A stretch of 59,634 bases of DNA from Magnetococcales bacterium (GCA_015232645.1 JADFZF010000002.1:1-59634), one strand, 5' to 3'; shown: positions 39,058 through 49,654, counted from the first letter of the stretch. Notes: a model not told the origin generated them from the letters alone. A program made the numbers and translations.

Positions 39058-40185
39058 ATGAACCAGCCAGTCAGGAAATCGACCGTATTGATCGTCGATG
39101 ACATGCCAAACAACATACGGACCCTGGCAGAAATCTTGAGTGGCGATTATCAAGTTTTAGTAGCCACCAATGGACTCGATGCCTTGCACATCATCGGCTC
39201 GGAAGAGGTAGCGGTGGTTCTGCTTGACGTTATGATGCCGGAAATGGACGGCTATGAAGTGTGCAAAAAGATCAAATCGCTGCCCATCGGCAAGCAGATT
39301 CCGGTCATTTTTGTCACTGCCCGCACCGAAAAATTGGATGAGGCCCATGCCTTGTCTTTGGGGGGGATCGACTTTTTGACCAAACCGGTCCACGCCGCCG
39401 TGGTCCGGGCGCGGATACGCAATCATTTGGCCATGGCGGAAATGATGCGCACCTTGGAACAGCAGAAGGCTCAAATCGAAGAATCGGCCGCCTTCCGGGA
39501 AGAGGTGAACTTTCTCTATCAAACCGACCTCCGTGGCCCCCTGGACCACATCGTCAGCATGATCAACATGTTGGCCTGGAACACCAATTTGACCAAGCAA
39601 CAGGAGGATCTGGTCCTGCCGATCCTGCGCTATACCTACAAACTTTCCAATCTCATCAATTTTTCCATCGAACTGCACAAAATCACCCGGGGTCGGTATC
39701 TTTGCCGTTTCACCAACTTCGATATCCTCAGTCTGATCGATGATTTTCGGACCATCGAAGGCGATTTTTTAAAAAAACGGGAGTATGGCATCCATATTAC
39801 CATCGATGGCACGCCCAGGGGGGATGGTCATACCTTCAAGGTCAAGGGGGATGTTCGTCTATGCTATTCGATCATCAATGCGATTCTGATGAACATCTTC
39901 ACGATTTCTTCACGAGGAGACCGGGTTGACATTGCCTTGACGACCATCAAGACCGATGATCACCAGCTGGCAAGCATTCAGTTTCACAGCCAACACCATA
40001 TCATTCCCAACAGCCCGGAAACGGGGCTAAAGAAAACATTGGTGGCGAAGAAGGATGAAATGAGATGGGAACACGATCTTTATGCCATCCTGCGCATGAT
40101 GAGAATCCAGGAGGGCAACATGAGCCTTGAAAGCACTCCAGAAAACGGTTCGCTCCTCACCCTGTTGTTCCCGCTTCCAGGCTGA
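39058..40185 (+). CDS. receiver domain fused to a degenerate histidine-kinase-like domain (pseudokinase)
   Basis: ATG 39058 follows GGAAGGA; the ORF-track alternative is 39043. REC has VLIVDDMPNN, VLLDVMMPEMDG, TKPV. The H-box position reads QTDLRGPLDHI, with Thr where SHDLRxPL has His. No DxGxG or GxGLG boxes are present (HSQHH and EHDLYA stand in their places). Confidence 0.7.
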   Translation: MNQPVRKSTVLIVDDMPNNIRTLAEILSGDYQVLVATNGLDALHIIGSEEVAVVLLDVMMPEMDGYEVCKKIKSLPIGKQIPVIFVTARTEKLDEAHALSLGGIDFLTKPVHAAVVRARIRNHLAMAEMMRTLEQQKAQIEESAAFREEVNFLYQTDLRGPLDHIVSMINMLAWNTNLTKQQEDLVLPILRYTYKLSNLINFSIELHKITRGRYLCRFTNFDILSLIDDFRTIEGDFLKKREYGIHITIDGTPRGDGHTFKVKGDVRLCYSIINAILMNIFTISSRGDRVDIALTTIKTDDHQLASIQFHSQHHIIPNSPETGLKKTLVAKKDEMRWEHDLYAILRMMRIQEGNMSLESTPENGSLLTLLFPLPG

Positions 40186-43001
40186 TGGAGGCAAGGTTGC
40201 TTCGGGACCAGAAACAACTTGAGATAATCAACGCCATCCAGTCCGACTATATTGGGATGCATCCGTTCAGGACGGTGCTCGCCAAAGGGCTGATGGCGAT
40301 GATGCGTATGACGCACAGCAGCCATGGGCTACTCATCGGATTTGAACCAAACGATGGTCATGACGATGCCCCGTGGGTGTCGGTGACGCTGGTTGAAGGG
40401 GCCGACCTTGCGAAAGATGGCGCTGGGACGGACGGCAACGGCCCCCTGTGGTCCTGGGTCAGGCAGGTCATCGAGAGGGGGGCGGTCAATACATCGGACA
40501 AATGGCCTCGGGAGGTATCGACGTGGTTGCAGAGCGATGGGCGCGGGGTTTCCCTGATGGCCTTGCCCCTGGTTGACGGCCAGAAACTGCTGGGCGGCAC
40601 GATATTGTTCGGTCGCCTCTTGGGGGACGAGCAGACACGGACCACCAGTCTCCAACCTTTGGCCGATACCCTGGCTGCGATCATCAATCGGGAACAGCAC
40701 CAACGCAACCAGAATAAAATTCTGGACGATGCCAAGCAGGCGAGTCGGGCAAAGAGCCATTTTCTGGCCCATATCAGCCATGAGATCCGTACCCCGATGA
40801 ATGTGATTCTGGGCATGGGGCAGTTGCTGTCGAAAACCGATCTCACCCCCAGACAGAAAGATTTGCTTTCCAAAAGTCAGGATGCATCGCAATCGTTGTT
40901 GAACATCATCAACAACGTCCTCGATTTTTCCAAGATCGAAGCGGGGCAACTTGAACTCGAAAGCGTGCCGTTCGCCCTGTCGGGGGTGATGAAACGGGTG
41001 TTGGGACTGATCTCACTCCAATCCATCAGAAAGGGGTTGGAAATTCTATTCGATGTGGCAGCGGATGTACCATCGACATTGGTAGGCGATCCTTTACGGC
41101 TGGAACAGGTACTGACCAATCTCGGGAGCAATGCCGTCAAGTTCACCCAACAAGGTTTGATTATTTTTCGCGTTGGGGTGCGGGAACAGACCGCCACCAA
41201 GGTCACGCTGGGTTTCCAGGTCCAGGATACCGGAATCGGGATGGACCGGGAGCAATCGGCGAAACTGTTTCAACCGTTTCATCAAGGCCTTGCCTCCACC
41301 ACCCGTCAGTATGGAGGCACGGGGCTGGGGCTGGCGATCTCGCAACACCTGGTGCAACTGATGGGGGGAAAGATCGAGGTTGACAGTGTTCCGGGGGAAG
41401 GAAGCCGGTTTCATTTTGTTCTAACCCTGATGTATCGCCAGGAACAGGCGCCCAGATTCAAAGAAACGGCTCTGCCACTTCATGGCCTGAAGGTCCTGAT
41501 CGTGGATGACTGTGAAGATGTCCTTAAAATCATGGCCGGGATGCTAACGACTTTTTCCTTTTCAGTCATTACCGCAGCTTCGGGGGGAGAAGCATTGAAG
41601 ATGTTGGATGGGATGGAGGCCAGGGGTGAAGAATGCGACCTCGTGATCGTCGATTGGCGCATGTCGGGCATGGATGGCATGGAAACCGCCACCAGAATCA
41701 AGGCCAAACGTGGTTCTCGGGAAAAACCACGTATCATCCTGATGACCTCCTTCGGCTGGAATGAGTTGACCAATAACGGTCATGAAGGGATCTTTCAAGG
41801 TTTTCTGCGCAAACCAACGACCTATTCCACTCTGCTGGATACCATCCTGGAATCATTTTCCGGTCGTGTGGCCCAACCTTACGAACCTTTGGAACTTCGC
41901 CGGGTTCCCGCTTCGGTATTGCAGAGGATCCAGGGCATGCGCATCATGGTCGCCGAAGACCACAAGATCAATTGGGAAATCGTGGAAAACTTTTTGGAAT
42001 CGGCGGGTGTGGCGGCCAGCTGGGCCCGCAATGGTCAGGAAGCTGTACACATGGTCGTCCATGGCCAAGAGCAATATGATGCCATCCTGATGGATCTGCA
42101 GATGCCGGTTCTCGATGGGTATGAAGCTTCCAGGCGCATTCTCGAACACTTTCGGAATACCCCCCGACCCGCCATCATCGCCATGACAGCGCATGCGGTG
42201 GTGGCGGAACGGCAAAAATGCTTCGATGTCGGCATGATCGATTTTATTTCCAAACCGGTGGATGCGGGGGAACTCTATCTGGTTCTGTCCAAGATTGACC
42301 GGCCGCTCTTGTCCTCCAGGGAACCGTTGTCCACCAAGGCGACAGCCCAGAACAAGACGTGGCGTTCAGGCCAAGGGCTCGGCGATCTTCCAGGGATCGA
42401 TCTGGCCGATGGGTTGGGGCGGATGGATGGTCGGATCGATCTGCTCAGCCGTCTGATTCGTGACTTTGCCCACCAAAATGCCTCCTTTTTTGACGAACTG
42501 ACCCATCTGCTCAAGGCAGGCGCCCTGCAGGAAGCCAAAAAGAAGGTTCATGACCTCAAAGGGTTGGCTGGCGGGATCTCGGCCCGAAAACTGTGGCTTC
42601 TGGCCATGGACCTGGAGGAGATCCTGGCCGAGGAAACCGCGGAACGGGATGAATTGCTCAAGCGTGTGCAAGAGGCCATGAGCGAGGTGACTGATAGTGC
42701 CCGTCGGCTTGAGGAAGAGGCCAGATCGGCCAGTGGTTCCGAAACGATGCCTTTGCTGGTCACGGTATCCCGGTCGGAATTGTCGGCACTGCTCTCCGGG
42801 CTGAAACATTTGGTGGATCGTGGTGATTTTCAGGCCACGGCGATGTTTCGGGAACTCAAACCGATATTGGTGGCCCAGGGATATGGCGGCATGGCCTCTG
42901 GAATGGAAACCTGCTTGGACAGCTTTGATTTCGTCCGATTCAAGGAGCTGTTAGCCAAAATGATGCAGGAATTGGAAGAAAAAGATGCCTTGATGGCGTG
43001 A
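40185..43001 (+). CDS. hybrid sensor histidine kinase (GAF-like - HisKA - HATPase - REC - REC - Hpt)
   Basis: HisKA is ISHEIRTPMNVI. HATPase has [28 protein letters not shown]1 has VLIVDDCED and LVIVDWRMSGMDG. REC2 has IMVAEDHKIN and ILMDLQMPVLDG. Hpt is VHDLKGLAGG. The ATG overlaps the upstream TGA by 1 nt. Confidence 0.85.
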   Translation: MEARLLRDQKQLEIINAIQSDYIGMHPFRTVLAKGLMAMMRMTHSSHGLLIGFEPNDGHDDAPWVSVTLVEGADLAKDGAGTDGNGPLWSWVRQVIERGAVNTSDKWPREVSTWLQSDGRGVSLMALPLVDGQKLLGGTILFGRLLGDEQTRTTSLQPLADTLAAIINREQHQRNQNKILDDAKQASRAKSHFLAHISHEIRTPMNVILGMGQLLSKTDLTPRQKDLLSKSQDASQSLLNIINNVLDFSKIEAGQLELESVPFALSGVMKRVLGLISLQSIRKGLEILFDVAADVPSTLVGDPLRLEQVLTNLGSNAVKFTQQGLIIFRVGVREQTATKVTLGFQVQDTGIGMDREQSAKLFQPFHQGLASTTRQYGGTGLGLAISQHLVQLMGGKIEVDSVPGEGSRFHFVLTLMYRQEQAPRFKETALPLHGLKVLIVDDCEDVLKIMAGMLTTFSFSVITAASGGEALKMLDGMEARGEECDLVIVDWRMSGMDGMETATRIKAKRGSREKPRIILMTSFGWNELTNNGHEGIFQGFLRKPTTYSTLLDTILESFSGRVAQPYEPLELRRVPASVLQRIQGMRIMVAEDHKINWEIVENFLESAGVAASWARNGQEAVHMVVHGQEQYDAILMDLQMPVLDGYEASRRILEHFRNTPRPAIIAMTAHAVVAERQKCFDVGMIDFISKPVDAGELYLVLSKIDRPLLSSREPLSTKATAQNKTWRSGQGLGDLPGIDLADGLGRMDGRIDLLSRLIRDFAHQNASFFDELTHLLKAGALQEAKKKVHDLKGLAGGISARKLWLLAMDLEEILAEETAERDELLKRVQEAMSEVTDSARRLEEEARSASGSETMPLLVTVSRSELSALLSGLKHLVDRGDFQATAMFRELKPILVAQGYGGMASGMETCLDSFDFVRFKELLAKMMQELEEKDALMA

Positions 43002-43047
43002 GTCCGGCGGGAAAGCTTGGACCAGCGGGTCCACCATGATCGGGATG

Positions 43048-46000
43048 TCAACTGTTCTTGCCCGCGACCGTCGGTAACGGCAATTCCATGATGCTGGATA
43101 CATAACTATTCAAACGGTCATACAAGGCCTCGGTATCTTTTTTGAGAATTTCCACCATGGTGAGGTTTTCAGGAGTATAGGGGTGAGGTGCAGCCAGGAT
43201 GGTTTCAATGCGGCCCAATATTTGATCCGCCTCTTTGGGGGCCTGATTGATCAGAGTCTGATTGAGTTGATGATTGACGCGAATGACGGGCGAAGGATAA
43301 CCTTTGGTTTTGAAATCGGTCTCCTTTTGGCGGATGCGAATAAATAGTGAGCTGATATTGTTGAATATTTTCCTAACTTCGAGGAGACGGGCATCCAGAA
43401 GATCGGCGATGCCTTCCACATCCTTCCATTTCTTCTTTTCATCCTCGCGAACCAGGGCCAGTTGGGTGTGGGCCTCCCGGAGCAGTCTTTGTCCGCAATC
43501 CTTGAGCTTTTTCCCGGTATTCTCATTGTTGGTCCCGGAAAACAGCAGGCCAGAATCGATGAAATTGAGCACGTCGGCGACGATTTCCAAATTCAGATCC
43601 ATGACGGTCTCGATGTAGTCCAACGCCTCAACCAACTCTCTCAAAGAGGTGGCCGCGACCATGAGCGGCAGGACTCCCATGGTTTCCAATATTTTTTTTT
43701 CAAAGGCATACAGATTGAATTCGAATTCGGAATATTGAATTTCCCAATGATAGGAAAGATGCTGCCCATATTTTTTTCTAATTTCAGCGATCGGATAGAA
43801 AATTTCATTATAAATGATGGCGACGGACTTTTCGTAGATGACGTGGATTTCGGGTTGCAACCGATACAACTGGTCGCGAAGGTTGGAATACTGGTCCAGC
43901 CGGGAGCAAAATTTCATGCGCCAATGATAAAACGTCAAAGGAAACCAGTCCGGAGGGGATTGAAAGCCGCGAGTGACAAGCATGGCTCCGAGTCTGGATA
44001 GGTGGGAGGTGAGACGGCGAATGCCTCGAGAGAGAGGCGTCAGAGCCAGGACAATGTTCCATATTCCCTTTTCAGGAGGCTGTTTGGACGTTTTTTTAGA
44101 CCGTCCCAGCTGCCAAAAGATGGTTTGATCGACTTCCATTTTGGTCCGTTCGCCATTTTCCTGCATGAAGCGGCTGATCTCGGCCAAGGTGGAGCGCTGG
44201 AACCTCCGGGGAGAGATGGGGCCAAAATAAAAACCATGGAGCCAGTCATGAAAATGGTTGTTTTTGGGATGAAGCAACCGTTGCAGGGCTGCCAGTCGAA
44301 CGTTATAGCATCGGGCCCAGGAGGTTCGATGGCAGGTGAACACTCGGTAAAGCCAGTTAACGCCGGCCTCCAGAGGGTGTCGATCCTGAGGATGTTTGGT
44401 TTCCGGATCGATTTTTTCGATTTGTTTGTAGAAGCGCAGTTCAGCGGCGATGCGGGTAAAGCGCAGATCGCCCCCCAGGAGGCACCGGGCTTGGCTGGCG
44501 TCGAGCCACTCGGTGGTCACGGCGATGAAAGAAGACTCCCATGTTTTCAGTTCTTCGAGACGCATGGCGACCAGAGTACGGTCCGATCGGCCGCAGCGAC
44601 CGATGACAGGCGCAAACAGGAGAAGATCGCCCAGCATGATGCCGCTGGCCAACACCGTGATCAGCGTCAGCAAGGCCGGATCGGACCAAAAGCCGTGGCC
44701 CAAGCCGGGAATGCCAGCGAATGCCAGCGACGTCCGGTATGGGATTCCGGGGAGCTGATCGGGAGTCATGGCAGCAACGCCACGACCGGACCAGGCGGTC
44801 ACGTCGGAAGCGATGGCATCATCGTCGAGATTGAGGGTGGCGGAGGGTAGCACGAACCGAAGGATGGGCCGATAGCCATGGATCAACTCGGCGACATCCT
44901 CCCGGGCTTGCCGGCAGGAGGCCCTGACATTCTCCAGATCCTGACCGATGTCAGCGACCCGGGCGTTGATCTGGAAGAGGTTCATGAACAGAACGAGCTT
45001 GATTGTGGCCCGGATCCCTCCCTCCCGGTCGGCCAGGGCGTGCAGCGCGGCGAGCTGCTCGCGAACCCTGGCCTGGATTTTGTTCAGTCGTTGGTTGCAT
45101 GCATCGACGAGCAGCCCGGACTTGTCTCTGAAGGAAGAAAAAAAATCGATCCCTGAGGAAGCCAGGAGTGCATCAAGATGTTTTGAAAGCGACGAGGGGT
45201 TGGAAATTTCCACATCGGAGATACCGGGTTCGTATCCCCCATGGATGATAAAATGCGCGGCCCAAAACCGGGGGCTCTTGCGCAGGCTGGGATCGGAGGT
45301 GGTGATGGGCTCGGCCTCGACCACAGGGAGACGCTCCCAAGATCGAACCAAGGCCTCGACATCTTCCTTGAGGGTGTCCCGAAGGCCGTAGAGGGAATCG
45401 GGACGAGGCGGCCCGGTGGCCGTCGCCTGACCCAGGGAAGCATCGACTATCCTCTCGACGCGATCGACATACTGGGTCACCATCTCCCTTTCGGAAAGGA
45501 TGGCGATGATGATATCGTTGCCGGCCTTGATGGCCACCAGGGCGCATAGCCCCACCAGGGTCATCCATCGGGGGTGGATCAGGAACGCCTGACGGATTCC
45601 GGCAAGCACTCCCCCAGCTTCGGCAACCCGTTGCAGAAGACGATTTTTGCCATCCAGCACCACGGTGGCAATCATCACTCCCACGAACAAGGCGGTGATC
45701 TGGCGAAGCCAAGCTCCCCGATCGCCTTGAAAGGCTAACGGATTGTGTGCAACGGTCGCATCCTGGAGAAAGTCGTTCAGGTCGAAAAAAATGGCGCCGG
45801 CGGAGACCAGGAAGAGCAGGATCGCCATCGGACCCCGCAAAAGAACCCCATAGGCCCGCACCATGTCGGTCACATTGGACAGCCTGCCTCCCAATGCCTT
45901 GGGACGCCGCCAGAGTTCCCGCATCGTGGGGGCTGAGCGGATCATTTCCGGCAGAGGAGGCAATCGTTCCATGATCTGGTTGTGCAGGAAGCGAAACAAT

Positions 46001-46539
46001 CCCAGACGCGTGGCGTGAAAAAGCATGAGGACGATCTGATGGAAGGGATTTTCCACCAGACTGTCTTCACGCCCCGAAGACAGGTGTTCGCGAAACTGTT
46101 TTAATGCCAGACTGACGGGTTGACCGGCCGAGGGTTGACTTTGCTCTTCCCTGAGATTATTTCGGTAATGCTCGACACTGCGAATTATTTTATTCTTATC
46201 CTCTTCACTGAGGATTTTTTGTAAATTGTTACCAAACCCCTCCCCTGGGCCATGGCCATCTGGGGATCCCGGGGAAGTCGCGGAGGGATGGGATGGCGAT
46301 GGATACCATTTGGGCATGCCCGAGGGATCGGCCAAGCTAGGACGATCTCCTGGGGTTGGGATGGCGGCTGCGGCATCGGCGGTCGTATTCCGGGATGCGA
46401 ACGGGTTGGGATCATCCTCGGGTCGAGTCAAAAACAGGTGATCGACCCATGCGCCATACAGTTTGAACAGGGTATCGGTAGTCATGAAACCCGAAGCGTT
46501 CCCCGCTGGGCTGGCTGAAGTTGAACGATTTTGAATCAT
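43048..46539 (-). CDS. large hypothetical membrane protein (1163 aa), no recognisable domain
   Basis: A long uninterrupted ORF with protein-like composition. The N-terminal ~130 aa are Pro/Ser/Gly-rich. At least four hydrophobic helices are present (AILLFLVSAGAIFF, ITALFVGVMIATVVL, MTLVGLCALVAIKAG, LLTLITVLASGIMLGDLLLFAPVIG). The C-terminal third is helical and rich in charged residues. I recognise no catalytic motif. Confidence 0.6.
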   Translation of the reverse strand: MIQNRSTSASPAGNASGFMTTDTLFKLYGAWVDHLFLTRPEDDPNPFASRNTTADAAAAIPTPGDRPSLADPSGMPKWYPSPSHPSATSPGSPDGHGPGEGFGNNLQKILSEEDKNKIIRSVEHYRNNLREEQSQPSAGQPVSLALKQFREHLSSGREDSLVENPFHQIVLMLFHATRLGLFRFLHNQIMERLPPLPEMIRSAPTMRELWRRPKALGGRLSNVTDMVRAYGVLLRGPMAILLFLVSAGAIFFDLNDFLQDATVAHNPLAFQGDRGAWLRQITALFVGVMIATVVLDGKNRLLQRVAEAGGVLAGIRQAFLIHPRWMTLVGLCALVAIKAGNDIIIAILSEREMVTQYVDRVERIVDASLGQATATGPPRPDSLYGLRDTLKEDVEALVRSWERLPVVEAEPITTSDPSLRKSPRFWAAHFIIHGGYEPGISDVEISNPSSLSKHLDALLASSGIDFFSSFRDKSGLLVDACNQRLNKIQARVREQLAALHALADREGGIRATIKLVLFMNLFQINARVADIGQDLENVRASCRQAREDVAELIHGYRPILRFVLPSATLNLDDDAIASDVTAWSGRGVAAMTPDQLPGIPYRTSLAFAGIPGLGHGFWSDPALLTLITVLASGIMLGDLLLFAPVIGRCGRSDRTLVAMRLEELKTWESSFIAVTTEWLDASQARCLLGGDLRFTRIAAELRFYKQIEKIDPETKHPQDRHPLEAGVNWLYRVFTCHRTSWARCYNVRLAALQRLLHPKNNHFHDWLHGFYFGPISPRRFQRSTLAEISRFMQENGERTKMEVDQTIFWQLGRSKKTSKQPPEKGIWNIVLALTPLSRGIRRLTSHLSRLGAMLVTRGFQSPPDWFPLTFYHWRMKFCSRLDQYSNLRDQLYRLQPEIHVIYEKSVAIIYNEIFYPIAEIRKKYGQHLSYHWEIQYSEFEFNLYAFEKKILETMGVLPLMVAATSLRELVEALDYIETVMDLNLEIVADVLNFIDSGLLFSGTNNENTGKKLKDCGQRLLREAHTQLALVREDEKKKWKDVEGIADLLDARLLEVRKIFNNISSLFIRIRQKETDFKTKGYPSPVIRVNHQLNQTLINQAPKEADQILGRIETILAAPHPYTPENLTMVEILKKDTEALYDRLNSYVSSIMELPLPTVAGKNS

Positions 46540-46657
46540 GGATATGGTATCATGGGGTGGAAAAATCCACAGCAGACAAATTCATGGGATGAGATGGTCC
46601 GTTCTCCAAACCATTCAAATGATTCTATCTAATTCATACCGCCAAGGTTGTTGACAG

Positions 46658-49654
46658 ATGGTCGCCACCAACAATGAATATCAAGAACAAGCCATCGTCG
46701 CGGCGCTCATGGACGGAGTCGTGGTCATCGACCGGGACGGTGGCATCCGCAGCTTGAATCCGGCGGCCGAGACCATGTTCGGTCATCCATCCACGGAGGT
46801 GGTCGGGAAGAACGTGACGATCCTCCTGTCTGGGTCGAACCTGGGCCACGTGGACGATTCCCTGGCCCAGGCCCACGAGATCATGGGTCAACGGCGCGAT
46901 GGCTCGACATTCCCCATGGAGCTGACCCTCAGTGCCATACGGGGAGGGGACGATCCCGTGTTCGTTGGAGTATTTCGCGATATTACCGCCAAAAAACAGG
47001 CCGAGGCCGCGTTGCAGCGCAGCGAAGCCACCCTTCGCGCCATGGTGGCCAATGCCGTCAACGGCATCGTCAGCATCGATGCCAGCGGCCTGGTGGTCGC
47101 ATTCAATGCCGCTGCCGAACGCCTGTTCGGTTACGCTGCCACCGAAATGATTGGCAACAAGGTCAACATCCTCATGCCCTCCCCTTTCCGGGAGGAACAC
47201 GACGATTATCTGAAGGACTACCAGCAAACTGGAACGGCAAAAGTGATCGGTATCGGACGGGAGGTGGTGGCAAGAAAAAAAGACGGTACCGTTTTTCCCA
47301 TCGATCTGGCAGTCAGTGAATTCGTCCTCGATCACATGCCCCTGTACGTTGGCATGATCACTGATATCTCTCAACGCAAGGCCCTGGAGCAATCGTTACG
47401 CACCGCCAAAATGCAGGCAGAAACGGCCGACCGTTTCAAAAGCGAATTCCTGGCGACCATCAGCCACGAAATTCGGACTCCGATGCATGCCATTCTCGGC
47501 TTGTTGCATCTAGTCATGCAAACCAGACTGGATGACAGGCAGCTCGACCATCTGCATAAAATCCAGAAGGCCTCCAGATCGCTGCTCGAAATCATCAACG
47601 ATATCCTGGATCACTCAAAAATCGAGGCGGGAAAGCTCACTCTGGAGATCACCCACTTTCGCTTGGATGATGTCTTGTCGGCGGTGGCCGATGTGGTCAC
47701 GGTTCAGGCAGGGAAAAAGGGGTTGGAGTTGTTGATCGATCGTTCCCTGGATATTCCCAATCATCTGGTCGGTGATCCGACCCGTCTGGGTCAGATCTTG
47801 ATCAACCTGACCCATAATGCCGTCAAGTTTACCCATGCGGGTGAAGTCGGCATCACCCTCCGCCTACTGGAGATCAAGGGCGAAAAAATCCTGATCGGCG
47901 TTCGCGTCAGCGACACCGGAATCGGCATGACCGCAGAACAATGCGCCATGGTCTTCGAAAAATTCGGCCAGGCCGAGGTTTCGACCACACGTCATTATGG
48001 CGGCTCCGGGCTGGGGCTGTCGATCTGCAAACATCTGATTGAGATGATGGAGGGCACGATCGACGTCGCCAGTCAAACCGGACGAGGGAGTCTTTTTTCC
48101 TTCAGCGTTTGGCTGAGATTACCGCCGGCGCCAGCTACTCCACCCATCCCGGCTTCTTCCCATTTTGAAGGGGTGAAAGCCCTGGTGGTCGATGACCATG
48201 AGCGCTCCAATGCCATCCTGGCAAACATTCTCCGCTCTCTGGGGATTTCTGTCCTCGGATCGTCCTCCGGAGTGGACGCCTTGAGCCTTCTGGTCCGTGA
48301 AACGACCTCAAGCTCTGGTCATCGGATCGGACTGATTTTTCTCGATCAGCAGATGCCGTCCCTGTCGGGAGTGGAGACGGCCCGCTCCATCCTCGATATC
48401 GGCTTGTCGCCCCCACCACTCATATTGTTGCTTCAGGCTTGTGGACGAACTGAAGTCAGGATGGATGTCGATGATGTCATGTTTGCCGGATTTTTGCACA
48501 AACCGTTTACCCCGTCACTGGTGGTGGACGTCCTGGAGAAGCTGGCGGATCGCGATGGCCTACTCGGTCGCCATCCCCCATCCTCCCCCGATCTCGGCCC
48601 CACCCCCAGGACGCCAGGGGACAGCGTCCTTTTGGTCGAGGATGCGGAAATCAATCAGGAGATCGTCGCCGAATCCTTGCGCCGCATCGGAATTTTCGTC
48701 ACGCTGGCGAATAACGGACTCGAAGCAATCCGTCTGGTGCAGGATCGAACCTTCGATTTGATTCTCATGGATATTCAAATGCCGGTCATGGATGGTATCA
48801 CTGCCACTCAAAAAATCCGGACCTTGCCGCATGGACAAAACCTGCCCATTATCGCCATGACCGCCACGGCCAGGGACAATGACCGGAAAAGATGTCTCGA
48901 GGCAGGCATGAATGATTTCATCATCAAACCGATCGAACCCGCTGAACTGATCACGACACTGAACGGATGGTTACCCCGACGACCGCGCCATCCCTTGAAC
49001 GAACATAACGTTCAACCTGCCTCCGATCACAACCGCTTTCCGAGCGTTCCCGATCTGATCGATCTGGAAACGGGGTTGCGTCGGACGGGCGGCAACGCCC
49101 CCCTGCTGCAAAAATTGTGGCGCCGTTTCTTTGACGACCACCATCTGGGGCAATATCGGGTACGAGAGGCCTTGGAAAACAACGATCGGCTGGCCGCCTT
49201 GAACCACGTCCATATCCTCCATGGCACCGCCGGGGCCATCGGAGCCACCCAACTTCAGCTCTCGGCCCAGGCTCTGGAATCGGCTCTCAAGGGGACCGAT
49301 TCCTCGATCCCCATTGCCGCTCTGTTGCGTCGTTTCGAAAAAGATTTTTCCGACGCGATGGATGGCCTGCAACGCTATCATTCCCGGCCTTCCGGGGCTG
49401 CGCCGGCACCCTCTTCGGTCGGACCTCGACCCACGGATCACGATTTCCTGGCGCTTCTGCGACAACTGGTTCGCAGTGTGAGGGAGATGGACCCGGTGGC
49501 CGAAGATGAAGCTGAACGACTGGCCATCTCCCTCGAAGGAAGACCCGGTCATGAACTCGCCAGACGTCTGGTCCAAAAAATTGGCGATACCCGATTCGAT
49601 GAAGCCATGACCATGATCCGGGAACTGGAAAAAATTGTTTCCACCACCTCCTGA
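46658..49654 (+). CDS. hybrid sensor histidine kinase (PAS - PAS - HisKA - HATPase - REC - REC - Hpt)
   Basis: Two PAS modules are present (VVVIDRDGGIRSLNPAAETMFGH... and IVSIDASGLVVAFNAAAERLFGY...HDDY). HisKA is ISHEIRTPMHAI. HATPase has NLTHNAVKFT, DTGIGM, GGSGLGLSI. REC1 has ALVVDDHER and IFLDQQMPSLSG. REC2 has VLLVEDAEIN and ILMDIQMPVMDG. Hpt is VHILHGTAGAIG. Confidence 0.85.
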   Translation: MVATNNEYQEQAIVAALMDGVVVIDRDGGIRSLNPAAETMFGHPSTEVVGKNVTILLSGSNLGHVDDSLAQAHEIMGQRRDGSTFPMELTLSAIRGGDDPVFVGVFRDITAKKQAEAALQRSEATLRAMVANAVNGIVSIDASGLVVAFNAAAERLFGYAATEMIGNKVNILMPSPFREEHDDYLKDYQQTGTAKVIGIGREVVARKKDGTVFPIDLAVSEFVLDHMPLYVGMITDISQRKALEQSLRTAKMQAETADRFKSEFLATISHEIRTPMHAILGLLHLVMQTRLDDRQLDHLHKIQKASRSLLEIINDILDHSKIEAGKLTLEITHFRLDDVLSAVADVVTVQAGKKGLELLIDRSLDIPNHLVGDPTRLGQILINLTHNAVKFTHAGEVGITLRLLEIKGEKILIGVRVSDTGIGMTAEQCAMVFEKFGQAEVSTTRHYGGSGLGLSICKHLIEMMEGTIDVASQTGRGSLFSFSVWLRLPPAPATPPIPASSHFEGVKALVVDDHERSNAILANILRSLGISVLGSSSGVDALSLLVRETTSSSGHRIGLIFLDQQMPSLSGVETARSILDIGLSPPPLILLLQACGRTEVRMDVDDVMFAGFLHKPFTPSLVVDVLEKLADRDGLLGRHPPSSPDLGPTPRTPGDSVLLVEDAEINQEIVAESLRRIGIFVTLANNGLEAIRLVQDRTFDLILMDIQMPVMDGITATQKIRTLPHGQNLPIIAMTATARDNDRKRCLEAGMNDFIIKPIEPAELITTLNGWLPRRPRHPLNEHNVQPASDHNRFPSVPDLIDLETGLRRTGGNAPLLQKLWRRFFDDHHLGQYRVREALENNDRLAALNHVHILHGTAGAIGATQLQLSAQALESALKGTDSSIPIAALLRRFEKDFSDAMDGLQRYHSRPSGAAPAPSSVGPRPTDHDFLALLRQLVRSVREMDPVAEDEAERLAISLEGRPGHELARRLVQKIGDTRFDEAMTMIRELEKIVSTTS

